A DNA stretch of 64,000 nt from a bacterium. GTDB lineage: Bacteria > Zixibacteria > MSB-5A5 > GN15 > FEB-12. This document shows, one piece after another, positions 47,040 to 56,280 of the stretch; within the stretch, counting starts at the first letter, position 1; the number at the start of each line of letters is the position of its first letter. Position numbers and translations under genes: made by a program. The notes under the pieces were generated by a model that was given only the letters and a program-made list of their open reading frames with translations, ran no database searches and had not been told where the DNA came from. The DNA is taken from the NCBI GenBank assembly GCA_016708025.1, contig JADJGQ010000002.1:838232-902231 (forward strand), in the 5' to 3' direction.

Positions 47040-49370
47040 TCACTTCAACAGCATCATCTTCTTCGTCATCACCTGATCACCCGTGACCAAGCGATAGAAG
47101 TAGACACCGGATGAGACCGATGCGCCGCCATCTGTCGTCGAATTCCAGACGACTGAATGACGACCCGCTGCAAGCGAACCATTCACCAGAGTTGCGACTC
47201 TCGATCCGAGGATATTGTACACCTCGAGTGTCACCGGCCCGGCGGTCGGCAGACTGAATTCGATTGTGGTGCTCGGGTTGAACGGGTTCGGGTAGTTCTG
47301 GTCGAGCGTAAACTCCTCAGGCAACGAATTGCCAAACGCGGAGATCTCTCCAGTCGTCCCGCCGCCAAAAGCGGCAGAGGTCGTGCCACGGAAGATGATC
47401 TCATCTATGTACACATCATCCTGATCATTGCTGGCATCACACATGAAGCGGATCTTTGCGTTGGTCGGGAAGTTGTACGTGGTGCGCGGGATTGATACAA
47501 CCGCATGGTAATACGCGTTATTTACGTAGGTAGTGCCAAATATGAAGTTACCGACGGTTAGCCAGGAAGTACCATTAAAGTACTGGACCCAGAAATTCTC
47601 TCCGGACTCCATACTCACACCCTTGAACCAGAAATCAACTTCAAGCCGCTGATACGCTGTCACGTTGTAGCTCGCCGTATGGTAGAATGACGATGCGGTG
47701 CTGCTGTTGTCCTGAATATCAGCAGAATACGAACCCTGATGTGAATTCGTGGTCGTCAGCGCACGCGACATGTCAGAACCACCGTCCGTATAGGACCCCA
47801 TTCCGGTTTCGAAATTGTCCGAGGTGATGGTAGTCCAGGTGGAAGGCGTCGTGGCAGTTATATAGTTGGTCTTGATTTCGCCATCGGAACCGTACGCGTT
47901 GGTGGCGGTCAAAGTCACTGTGTAGGTGCCAGCGGCCGCATAGACGTGAGACGGATTCTTAGTTGTCGACGTACCACCATCACCAAAGTTCCAGGCCCAA
48001 CTGGTCGGGCTGTTGCTTGACAGGTCCGTGAAGTTGACTGTCAACGGCGCATTGCCTGAGGTCGGCGTGCCGCTGAAGTTGGCGACCGGCGGGTTATTGG
48101 TCGAAATGGAGTTCAATGCCGCCGCGGCATTGATCAGACCATAGCCATAATACTGATCCCAGCCCGCTGTACCTTTGTCGGTGGCGGTATTCTGGATAGC
48201 TGCGCGAACCGCGGCGGGAGACATCGTGCCGCCGTTCTTGGCGATCAAGAGAGCCGCAACACCGGCTACATGCGGACAGGCCATCGACGTTCCTTCGTAG
48301 AAGTAATAGCCGAAGGTTCCGTAGTTCGTCCCGTCGTGCGTCTGCTGCAGTACGCCATCAGGGTAGGTGTCGCCATTTTGGTCAACCGCAACGTCGCCAC
48401 CCGGGGCGCAGATATCAATGGTCGAACCAAAACAGGTGTACCAAGTATAGGTCTGGTCATAACGGACCGCAGAGACAGAGATACACTGCGTGTACGCCGC
48501 GGGATACTGCGGCGCAGAGGTACCTTCGTTGCCGGCCGCGCAAACGATCGTAACGCCGAGATTGTAGGCGTACGTGATCGCGTCCTGCAAAGCGGTCGAG
48601 GTGGAGGGTCCGCCAAGGCTCATGTTGATCACTTTAGCGCCATTGTTGGCCGCGAAGGTGATGCCGTTGATGATGGCGGTATAGGTACCGTTTCCGGAAG
48701 CATCCAGAACCTTGACCGGCATGATGCTGCAATTGTAGGCGACACCCGCCACGCCGAGGCTGTTGTTGGTGGTCTGGGCGATCGTGCCCGCCACGTGCGT
48801 GCCATGGGCGCAGTCATCGTTCGGATGAGTGTCATTGTTCACGTAGTCATAGCCCGGCACGAAGGAAGTACCTGCCAAGTCTGGCGCCTGTGTAAAGGCT
48901 CCATAGGTCTCATAAGCAACGCCGCAGTCGATAACGGCCACGACAACACCTGAACCGGTAGACTGATCCCAGGCGGCCGGCATGCTGATCATCGGCATAT
49001 GCCACTGGTAGCTGTAATACGGGTCGTTTGGCGTCATGAAGGCCTGAGCGATGTAGTTCGGCTCGGCGTATTCGACGTCCGGTCGGCTGCTGAATGCGGC
49101 AACCATCTCTTCGACTGTCTTGTCAGCGGGGATATTCAAAAGATTGATGCCGATCGACGAATTGGTTTCTGCAAGAGTAGTGCCCAGAGCGGCTTGAGCG
49201 GCGGTGATCGCCTGTCTGCCGACGTCGGCTTTAAATTTCACAATTACCTGGCCCGGCGCATAGGTTGCACCAGTTTCGACCACGCAGGATTTCCCAACTT
49301 TAAAATCCTCGGCTGCGGATGCGAAGCTGAAAAGGGCAAGAACCAGAACTAGTGTGAGAAAAGTTCTCAT
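47040..49370 (-). CDS. Secreted subtilisin-family (S8) protease with a PKD domain and T9SS C-terminal domain
   Basis: The start is trimmed to MRTFLTLVLVLALFSFASA/AE. It has an I9-like propeptide and the catalytic triad motifs VAVIDCG, HGTHVAGT and GTSMACPHVAG. A PKD repeat (WNFGDGGTS...GTYTVTLTATN) and the CTD NYPNPFNPSTTIEFSLP...YFYRLVT..KKMMLLK follow. Confidence 0.92.
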   Translation of the reverse strand: MRTFLTLVLVLALFSFASAAEDFKVGKSCVVETGATYAPGQVIVKFKADVGRQAITAAQAALGTTLAETNSSIGINLLNIPADKTVEEMVAAFSSRPDVEYAEPNYIAQAFMTPNDPYYSYQWHMPMISMPAAWDQSTGSGVVVAVIDCGVAYETYGAFTQAPDLAGTSFVPGYDYVNNDTHPNDDCAHGTHVAGTIAQTTNNSLGVAGVAYNCSIMPVKVLDASGNGTYTAIINGITFAANNGAKVINMSLGGPSTSTALQDAITYAYNLGVTIVCAAGNEGTSAPQYPAAYTQCISVSAVRYDQTYTWYTCFGSTIDICAPGGDVAVDQNGDTYPDGVLQQTHDGTNYGTFGYYFYEGTSMACPHVAGVAALLIAKNGGTMSPAAVRAAIQNTATDKGTAGWDQYYGYGLINAAAALNSISTNNPPVANFSGTPTSGNAPLTVNFTDLSSNSPTSWAWNFGDGGTSTTKNPSHVYAAAGTYTVTLTATNAYGSDGEIKTNYITATTPSTWTTITSDNFETGMGSYTDGGSDMSRALTTTNSHQGSYSADIQDNSSTASSFYHTASYNVTAYQRLEVDFWFKGVSMESGENFWVQYFNGTSWLTVGNFIFGTTYVNNAYYHAVVSIPRTTYNFPTNAKIRFMCDASNDQDDVYIDEIIFRGTTSAAFGGGTTGEISAFGNSLPEEFTLDQNYPNPFNPSTTIEFSLPTAGPVTLEVYNILGSRVATLVNGSLAAGRHSVVWNSTTDGGASVSSGVYFYRLVTGDQVMTKKMMLLK

Positions 49371-49757
49371 TTGCCTATCCTTCCGTACAACTGTGAGGGT
49401 TGTGCATGTGAGCCTGCCGGTCACGTTTCCATAGAACTGGAGTGTCGCATTGCGGCGCTCACCTGCAATTGAAGTTAGTTAATCAGCAATAACAAGAACC
49501 GCGGAATTATTTGATCAGAGATTCTCTGGCGAGTTCACCCCCCTTCGTTCGACGCACACCCACACCACAGCATCACGCATTAGAGAATCACCTGTGAGGA
49601 CCGCGACATAAATGTGACCGGTTTTTGTCTTTAATTGTTGGTGTTGAGATCATCAACGATGATGTAATAAGGGAGAGGGGAATCGATTATGCAAGAAAAA
49701 ACCTCACACGCAACAATGTCCCTGTTGGCATTTTCGTGGACACTTCAGTAAAGAATC

Positions 49758-49787
49758 AGGCGCATGTGAAGGATTACACATGCGCCT
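49758..49787 (-). terminator. Terminator hairpin after the kinase gene
   Basis: AGGCGCATGTG-aaggatta-CACATGCGCCT 11-bp perfect stem, 41 nt past the kinase stop. On the minus strand GATTCTTTAC follows. Confidence 0.7.
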
Positions 49788-49827
49788 GTTACAATTGGAA
49801 ACACTCGTGAGAGCTAGCCCATGAGGC

Positions 49828-52809
49828 TCAACTCGTTAACTTCGCCAGTCGGGCTTTCGCATCTTTGATCTCATCGATCTGTATGTCCGCATTTCCCCAA
49901 AACTTAAGCATCTCACTAAAGTACTTGGTCGCCTCGGCCTTGTTTCCCAGACCTTCGTAACCGATCCCGATATAGTACAGAGCCATCGGATAGCCGATCC
50001 CGCCGGAACTCTCTTCTTCACCGGAAACGAATCGCTTGAGTATGTCGATCCCCTCCTGGTAAGAGCCACGGCTGATCAGAATATACGCCATCTCCCGATC
50101 GTTGCCGCTGTTGCCCTGTTGCTGCGTTTTGATCAGATCGCGATATCCTTCGAGCAACAACACGGTATCGGGTCTTGCCAGACCTTCGAAAATCTTCTCC
50201 AGCCCATCTGTGATCCCCCAGAGCTCGGACGGAATGCGTGATTTGAATTGAGCGATATCCTCACGAATCATCTTTCGCGCCTGATCAGCTTTGGAATGAT
50301 CATGCTCCACTAAAACCAGCGCATAGTTGCTGAACATGTTCGCGGTGCGATACCGATAGGATTCTTCATACAACTTGAGTCCGGTGTCGGTGATACCGCA
50401 GTGAAGATAGCCGCGAGCCACTGTCTGGAGTGTATTGGCGAGAATGCCGCTATCGCCAAGTTGCTTGGCGGCATCAGCCATGCGATCGTACTGCTGCAGC
50501 GCTTCTCTGAACTTGCCGTTCCAGATCGCCAGCGTGGCCATCTGCTCATAATAGTCGACCATGTCATACAGATTGCCGGGGTCGAGTTGCTTGTAGTTCT
50601 CGGTTAGCGCGGTGGCTTTGGCAAAGTCGCGACGATAGATAGCCAGACGGATCAGATTGGCCAATGCGCCGCGATGTTTCGGGAAGCGCGCCAGGATAGC
50701 GTCAAATTCTTTTTCCGCCAGATCTCTCTTCCCCTGCTGCAGGTAAGCGCTAGCCAACAAGGCATACGGATTAGGCGAATCCGGGTGCTCCCGTTTCGTT
50801 TTCTCCGCGATCCGGATCGCCTCGTCATACTTGTCAAAGCTGATGTATATTTCCGAACGGAAATCCTGCGGAAGCTGATAAGTCGGGTTTATGGCGAGCG
50901 CGGAATCAAACTGCGCGAACGCCTTGGTCGTATCCTTGGTGAACTCGTAAACCAGGATCCCATAGATGGTGCGCGCTTCGATGTCGTCAGGATAGTTGCT
51001 CACCATGGAACGCATCTTAGCGAAGGCGTCATCGAACTTCTTGTTCATCCAGATATCGGCGTAGACATCCAATAGACTCCGTTCGCGGACGGGCAGTTTC
51101 GACTGATATTGCAGAGCCTTGGCTATATACCCGGCGGCTTTTTGCGGCCGTCCCTGAAAGGCATTGATCATCCCCAGGCGCATATAGGGGAGAGCGAACG
51201 TCGAATCGAACGAGAGTGCCCGCTCAAAATTGACGATCGCTTCTTCGTTCAGTCCTTTCAGGAAATTCTCCAGCCCCAAAACGTAGTTTTTGAAGGCTTC
51301 GGGAGAGGCCGAGGTCAATTTGCGAATATCCTGATCGCCCGTGGCAGTGGCAATATTCATCGAACTGGCGATCTTGTCGGTCAGGCTGTCGACCAGCACA
51401 AACGGGTCTTCGCCGACAACTTTTTCACCCATCAGTACGCGACCGCTGGAGGCTTCCTCCAAACGAGCATCGATCCTGATCTGCTTCCCGACCTTGAAGA
51501 GTGTACCGGTCAGGACATTGGTGGCACCAAGCTTTGAGGCGATCGCCCGACTGGCATCGCTGGAGATCTCGCCGCCATTGGCTTTGCTCGGTTCCAGCAT
51601 ATCCAAAATGCGCTGGCGACTGATCAAGTTCATTTCCTTATTCTGCGCCAGGTCGGTCAGCAGCATCTCCGGAAGGCCGGACTCCATCCAGTCGTATTCC
51701 GGATCGCCGGTTTTATTGGCAAAGTCCAAGACAGCCAGGCTGTTCGGCTTTGCCTGCAGGTCAACACTGAAACTCAGATTGGAGCCTTCAGAAAAGAACA
51801 CTTTCCAGACAATTCCGATCACCGCGATCGCGATCACGGCGGTTTTCCAGTCGATGATCCATGACTTGGATTTCTTGACCGTCTGTGGTGCCGCGCGCAA
51901 TGCAGAGATGGAATCCGACGTACCGCTTTCGTAGAGACGGCGGAGATTGCGAAGGTCCACTACCAGATCGCGTGTATCCTGGTAGCGGTCGTTCGGGTCC
52001 TTGTGCAGGCACTTGTCAACGATCCGTTCCAGCTCCATGGGAATCGTCTCGTTGCGCATCCGAATAGAGTCGTGGCGCGCTTCGAGGATCTTGGCCAGAG
52101 TGGAGACCTCGGTCGGTCCAGTGAAGGGAAACTCGCCGGTCGCCATCCGATAGAGCAACACACCGAACGAGAAGATATCGGATCGAATATCCACTACCTC
52201 GCCGCGGATCTGTTCGGGTGACATATAAGAAACCGTGCCGACTATCTTACCGGCGCGGGTCAGCTCTTTGGAAACAGTGCGTGTGGAATCACCCTCGGAG
52301 AATTGTACCGGCTGCACCGGCTTCGCCAATCCAAAGTCGAGGATCTTTGGCTGGTCATCCTCGTTCACGATGATATTGTCCGCCTTGATATCCCGGTGTA
52401 CCACATTGATCTTGTGGGCCGCCGCCAATCCCGAGGCGATCTTTTCCGCCAACTTAACCACGGTGGAAATATCGGAGGACCGTGCTTTCATGTAGTCGGA
52501 AAGGGATTTTCCCTTGACGTACTCCATGACGATGAAAGTTACGTCGCTGCCGGCGGCATCCTTGGTGGTGTCAATGTCATAGATCGCCATCACGTTCGGA
52601 TGTGAGACCTGCGCGGCGGTCTTGGCTTCCCGCTGGAACCGGGCAAGACGATCATCATCATCTCCCGGTTTGAAAGAGAGGATCTTGAGGGCGACCTCGC
52701 GATGTAGTTTCTGGTCTTCCGCGAGATAGACCTGTCCCATTCCTCCTTCTCCCAGGAGTTTGATGATCTTGAAATGGGCGAAACTCTGGCCTGGCTCAAG
52801 CATGGTCAT
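49828..52809 (-). CDS. Hanks-type Ser/Thr protein kinase with TM, TolB-N-like domain and a long TPR array
   Basis: 993-aa ORF with GEGGMGQVY, ALK, HRDIKADNI, DFGLAK and SYMSPEQ. A TM segment (AVIAIAVIGIVWKVFF) is followed by LAVLDFANKTGDPEYDW... (TolB-N-like) and ~450 aa of TPR. Confidence 0.92.
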   Translation of the reverse strand: MTMLEPGQSFAHFKIIKLLGEGGMGQVYLAEDQKLHREVALKILSFKPGDDDDRLARFQREAKTAAQVSHPNVMAIYDIDTTKDAAGSDVTFIVMEYVKGKSLSDYMKARSSDISTVVKLAEKIASGLAAAHKINVVHRDIKADNIIVNEDDQPKILDFGLAKPVQPVQFSEGDSTRTVSKELTRAGKIVGTVSYMSPEQIRGEVVDIRSDIFSFGVLLYRMATGEFPFTGPTEVSTLAKILEARHDSIRMRNETIPMELERIVDKCLHKDPNDRYQDTRDLVVDLRNLRRLYESGTSDSISALRAAPQTVKKSKSWIIDWKTAVIAIAVIGIVWKVFFSEGSNLSFSVDLQAKPNSLAVLDFANKTGDPEYDWMESGLPEMLLTDLAQNKEMNLISRQRILDMLEPSKANGGEISSDASRAIASKLGATNVLTGTLFKVGKQIRIDARLEEASSGRVLMGEKVVGEDPFVLVDSLTDKIASSMNIATATGDQDIRKLTSASPEAFKNYVLGLENFLKGLNEEAIVNFERALSFDSTFALPYMRLGMINAFQGRPQKAAGYIAKALQYQSKLPVRERSLLDVYADIWMNKKFDDAFAKMRSMVSNYPDDIEARTIYGILVYEFTKDTTKAFAQFDSALAINPTYQLPQDFRSEIYISFDKYDEAIRIAEKTKREHPDSPNPYALLASAYLQQGKRDLAEKEFDAILARFPKHRGALANLIRLAIYRRDFAKATALTENYKQLDPGNLYDMVDYYEQMATLAIWNGKFREALQQYDRMADAAKQLGDSGILANTLQTVARGYLHCGITDTGLKLYEESYRYRTANMFSNYALVLVEHDHSKADQARKMIREDIAQFKSRIPSELWGITDGLEKIFEGLARPDTVLLLEGYRDLIKTQQQGNSGNDREMAYILISRGSYQEGIDILKRFVSGEEESSGGIGYPMALYYIGIGYEGLGNKAEATKYFSEMLKFWGNADIQIDEIKDAKARLAKLTS

Positions 52810-54458
52810 TTCCTTCTGACGAGCAGCATAGTTATATCGTCCGAGCGGGGGCCGTCCCCGACATACGCTTCAATATCTTCCGTCAGGCGACGGGCTATTA
52901 CGTCGATCGACTCAGCGCGGTTGGCAACGACAAGTTTTTCCATGCGCAGATCGGTGTATGGTTCTTCGCCGCGCATCGCTTCGGTGACACCGTCGCTGAA
53001 TACAAAAATGAACTCCCCGGAAGATAAGTGAATGGTTGACTCCTGCCACGTTGAAAAATCAAACGCCCCAATCATAGTTCCGGAAGGTTGCAGATACTCA
53101 AGCGAACCATTCGCACGAACCACCAGCGGCGGATTGTGGCCGGCATTGACAAATGTGACCGTTTCGCTGTCCGGAGTGATCAATCCCATGAAGAGGGTGG
53201 CAAAATCTTCCGGCGCGCTATAGCGGTGCAACTGTGTGGAAACCGATTTGACCGCCCGCTCGAGCGTGAAAGTCGGGTCGTTATAAAAGATTCGGAACGA
53301 GGCAAGAATATTCGACATCAATAATGCCGCGCCGAGTCCTTTACCGGATACATCGGCCACCAGAAAGACGAGCCGACCATCGGGGAGCGCCGCGACATCA
53401 TACAGGTCACCGCCCACCAGTCGTGACTGGCGCTGAAAAGCGTGGACATCAAATCCACTTATCCGCGGCGGTATTTTGATAAGCAAATTGCTTTGGATCG
53501 AAGCGGCCCGGTGCAGCTCGGCATCGATTAACTGCTTTTCCTGTCGCGCCTGCAACAACTGGTAGTTCATCAGCCGGGCGGCTATAATATTACCGAAGGT
53601 CGCCAGCAATCGAAGGTATTCGTCGCTGTACCGGTGGAGAGGATTGGTGGTGTCGACATACAGTATCCCAAGCACCTTGTCTTCGTCCATCATCGGTACC
53701 GCCATAGCCGATTTCATCGCCGACATAATGACGGACTGCTGAGAGGCGAAGCGGGGATCGCTGGTTGGATCGCCGATCAGGATCGCGCTTTTATTGGTCA
53801 GGATCTCTCGAACGATCGTCCGCGAGAGAGTAAAGGTCCCCAGATCACGGCCATTCGGCAGAAGAGTCGCCGCGGCGAAAATCTCGTTCTGGTCGGAAGA
53901 TGTAAAAAGCACCGCCAGTCGTTCCGATGGGATCACCTTTGCGACCAGGGAGAGGGCGCGTCGAAGCATCTCTTCCTGCGGCTCCGGCAGGACGAGGGTT
54001 TTAGCCATATCGAACAGAGTCGGCAGCAGTTCGGGAAGGTCGGTCACTCGGGTTGGGAGCGGTTTGAGCGCTTCATTCATCGACAGGAAAACCGAGTGCT
54101 CGGCAATATTCTCGGGAAGTATCGCGCGGGGAAAACTGGTCGAATCGTTGGCCGGGGCAGTGCCGGAGGAGAGCTTGAATTGCGCCTGTCCAAAGGTCAG
54201 ATGGTCGCCCGCTTTGACCTGAATCCGGCCGCTAAGTTTCTTGCCGTTAACGAATGTGCCGTTGTGACTCTCAAGGTCCGTGAGAAAGATGACCAGAGGA
54301 TCGGGCCCTATCTCAAACTGAGCATGTTTGCGTGAAACGGTTTTGTCCGGGACCACCAGATCGGCCTCAGAACTTCGTCCGATCACATAGTTTCCGCTAT
54401 CCAGCATCCAGGAGTAGTATTGAGAGCCATCCGATCCAATGAGTTGAATCACGTACAT
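52806..54458 (-). CDS. FHA-GAF-SpoIIE/PP2C phosphatase
   Basis: FHA domain (YVIGRSSEADLVVPDKTVSRKHAQF...HNGTFVNG), a GAF core, and a RsbU-type PP2C (GGDLYD, VADVSGKG, NAGHNPP, FSDGVTE). The start is ambiguous: ATG 54458, GTG 54452 or TTG 54482. An ATGA overlap links it to the kinase gene. Confidence 0.88.
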   Translation of the reverse strand: MYVIQLIGSDGSQYYSWMLDSGNYVIGRSSEADLVVPDKTVSRKHAQFEIGPDPLVIFLTDLESHNGTFVNGKKLSGRIQVKAGDHLTFGQAQFKLSSGTAPANDSTSFPRAILPENIAEHSVFLSMNEALKPLPTRVTDLPELLPTLFDMAKTLVLPEPQEEMLRRALSLVAKVIPSERLAVLFTSSDQNEIFAAATLLPNGRDLGTFTLSRTIVREILTNKSAILIGDPTSDPRFASQQSVIMSAMKSAMAVPMMDEDKVLGILYVDTTNPLHRYSDEYLRLLATFGNIIAARLMNYQLLQARQEKQLIDAELHRAASIQSNLLIKIPPRISGFDVHAFQRQSRLVGGDLYDVAALPDGRLVFLVADVSGKGLGAALLMSNILASFRIFYNDPTFTLERAVKSVSTQLHRYSAPEDFATLFMGLITPDSETVTFVNAGHNPPLVVRANGSLEYLQPSGTMIGAFDFSTWQESTIHLSSGEFIFVFSDGVTEAMRGEEPYTDLRMEKLVVANRAESIDVIARRLTEDIEAYVGDGPRSDDITMLLVRRK

Positions 54459-54782
54459 ATCCTCTTTAGGTGGTGGGGCCAAAACACGGGCAACCCCTCA
54501 AGTCATCAGATGGGGAGCGTGTCGGCAACTGGTTAGTCAATGTAACCGGAAGGGAGTTAAAGAGAAATAGGAAAGAGTGGGGTGAGCAAGGCGGAGATAA
54601 AAAGACACCCAGCAACCAAACTCGCCATGGCTGCCGGGTGGTTTAACCCTCTGTTGCACATGAGGGCATTTTTCCCCGTTTGCGATGTCCCGCTCCCGGG
54701 AGACAACTTTTTGCCGGGGTCGTGAGAGCTTGCCGCATAGGGCAACCGTCTCCCTGACTGACTCCAGCTTCGCAATTAATAC

Positions 54783-54797
54783 GCAATATGAATGCCA
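54783..54797 (-). promoter_or_regulatory. Sigma-54 (-24/-12) promoter
   Basis: The minus strand reads TGGCAT-TCATA-TTGC, against the consensus TGGCAC-N5-TTGC, with correct GG-to-GC spacing. It sits in the gap directly downstream of a sigma-54 activator gene and points at the FHA-phosphatase gene. Confidence 0.65.
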
Positions 54798-54921
54798 ACT
54801 AACTTATCTACTTTAGATGACGTATGCTGTTGTTGAATAGTGCAATACGGATAGCACTCAACCTGATTAGTGATGATATGGTGGTATGCACCTCAAATCA
54901 GGCCTAAGCAATCGGGTAATT

Positions 54922-56280
54922 TTAACCCAATGAGATACCGAGGTTGTCAATTTGCTTCCGCATATTGGCTGGGTCCTTGCCGAACTCTCTCGCCACTTTG
55001 CTGACATTCCCTTTGTGCCGATCCAGCGCCTTGACTATCAGGATCCGCTTGAAATCCTTGACCGCCTCATCAAAATCGTTCGGGATACCGGCAGCCTTGT
55101 CGCCTATTTCGAGCTGGTTCAGGACATCCCGGCGGGAGATGAAGTATGAAGGGGTATCGGCCAGGAGTGCTTTGATTTTCTCATACAGTTCGCGGACATT
55201 GCCTCGCCAGTTATGCTCGATCAACAGATCGCGTCCCTCCTGGTCGAAATATTTGGGATCGATCCTGGCCTCATCGCAGTACTTCTCAACGAAGTAGTCT
55301 ATTAAGGCCGGAATGTCTTCTCTTCGTTCGCGCAACGAGGGAAGCGAGATCACTGTCCCGCGTATGCGAAAATAGAGATCTGACCGAAATTTCCCCTGAT
55401 CTACCATTCCGGCGAGATCGGCATTGGTCGCGCAGATCAAGCGGACATCGACCTGTTCAGTCTCGATCGCGCCGAGGCGGAGTATTTCTCCGCTTTCCAG
55501 AACTCGCAGGAGTTTGACCTGCGTGTTGTGATCGAGTTCTCCTATCTCGTCGAGAAAGACCGTTCCTTTGTTTGCATGCTGCAAAAGTCCGACCTTATCA
55601 CTATTCGCGCCGGTAAAGGCCCCCTTGAAATGCCCAAACAACTCATCCGCGACCAGATCCGGCGCCTTCTGACCGCAGTTGTAGGCGACGATCGGTTGTC
55701 CAAAGCGGGGGCTGAGGCGGTGAATCGCTTTTGCCACCAGTTCTTTCCCCGTACCGGTTTCACCGAGGATCAGCACTTTCTGGTCCTTGGGACCGATTTC
55801 GTCGATCTGGCGGTATATCTCCAGCATCTGGCGCGACTGTCCGACCATTTCGAACATCTCACGGGCATAGGCGATGAGCGTTTCCGGATGTGTTTTGAAC
55901 AGCGAACTGCGAACCGCATTGCGCACGGCCGTTTCCAGTCGCTCGGGGTTCTCGTTCTTCCCAATATAGTCGTATTGCTGCTCTGCATCCCGCTGCTTGT
56001 GCGAGTATTCCCCCGGATAGCCAGTGTGAAAAATGATCGGGATGTCGAGCGGGATAGCCCGGATCCGTCGGGCCGTCTGAAAGCCATCCATCTTGGCCAT
56101 GCGAATATCAAGAATGATCGCCGCGGTATCGGTGTGAGATCGAAGCTGATCGAGTGCTTCCTGACCGGAGGTCGCCACGACCACCTCGTATCGGTCCAGA
56201 AAAATTTCGCGAAGCGCTTCCAGCACCAGCGGATCATCATCGACGATAAGTATTTTTCCGCGAATCTTACTCAGTGGCAC
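54922..56280 (-). CDS. Sigma-54-dependent response regulator (NtrC family)
   Basis: The track ORF is trimmed to GTG 56280 (GGGAGG 5 nt upstream), giving (M)PLSKIRGKILIVDDD. It has a receiver Asp in ILDIRMAKMDG, an AAA+ domain (GETGTGKE, GAFTGA) and a C-terminal Fis-type HTH. Confidence 0.92.
   Translation of the reverse strand: MPLSKIRGKILIVDDDPLVLEALREIFLDRYEVVVATSGQEALDQLRSHTDTAAIILDIRMAKMDGFQTARRIRAIPLDIPIIFHTGYPGEYSHKQRDAEQQYDYIGKNENPERLETAVRNAVRSSLFKTHPETLIAYAREMFEMVGQSRQMLEIYRQIDEIGPKDQKVLILGETGTGKELVAKAIHRLSPRFGQPIVAYNCGQKAPDLVADELFGHFKGAFTGANSDKVGLLQHANKGTVFLDEIGELDHNTQVKLLRVLESGEILRLGAIETEQVDVRLICATNADLAGMVDQGKFRSDLYFRIRGTVISLPSLRERREDIPALIDYFVEKYCDEARIDPKYFDQEGRDLLIEHNWRGNVRELYEKIKALLADTPSYFISRRDVLNQLEIGDKAAGIPNDFDEAVKDFKRILIVKALDRHKGNVSKVAREFGKDPANMRKQIDNLGISLG

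Noticed and set aside
49625-49810. 61-aa plus-strand ORF in the gap between the protease and kinase genes.
   Set aside because: It has a non-ATG start and no Shine-Dalgarno. The kinase terminator hairpin sits inside it, and it has no recognisable motif.
54557-54775. 72-aa track ORF in the sigma-54 leader region.
   Set aside because: Its TTG start lies at or before the predicted transcription start and has no Shine-Dalgarno, and the N-terminal half is Arg/Ser/Gly-rich junk. Only the last 23 codons look peptide-like, and those are mentioned as speculation in the findings.
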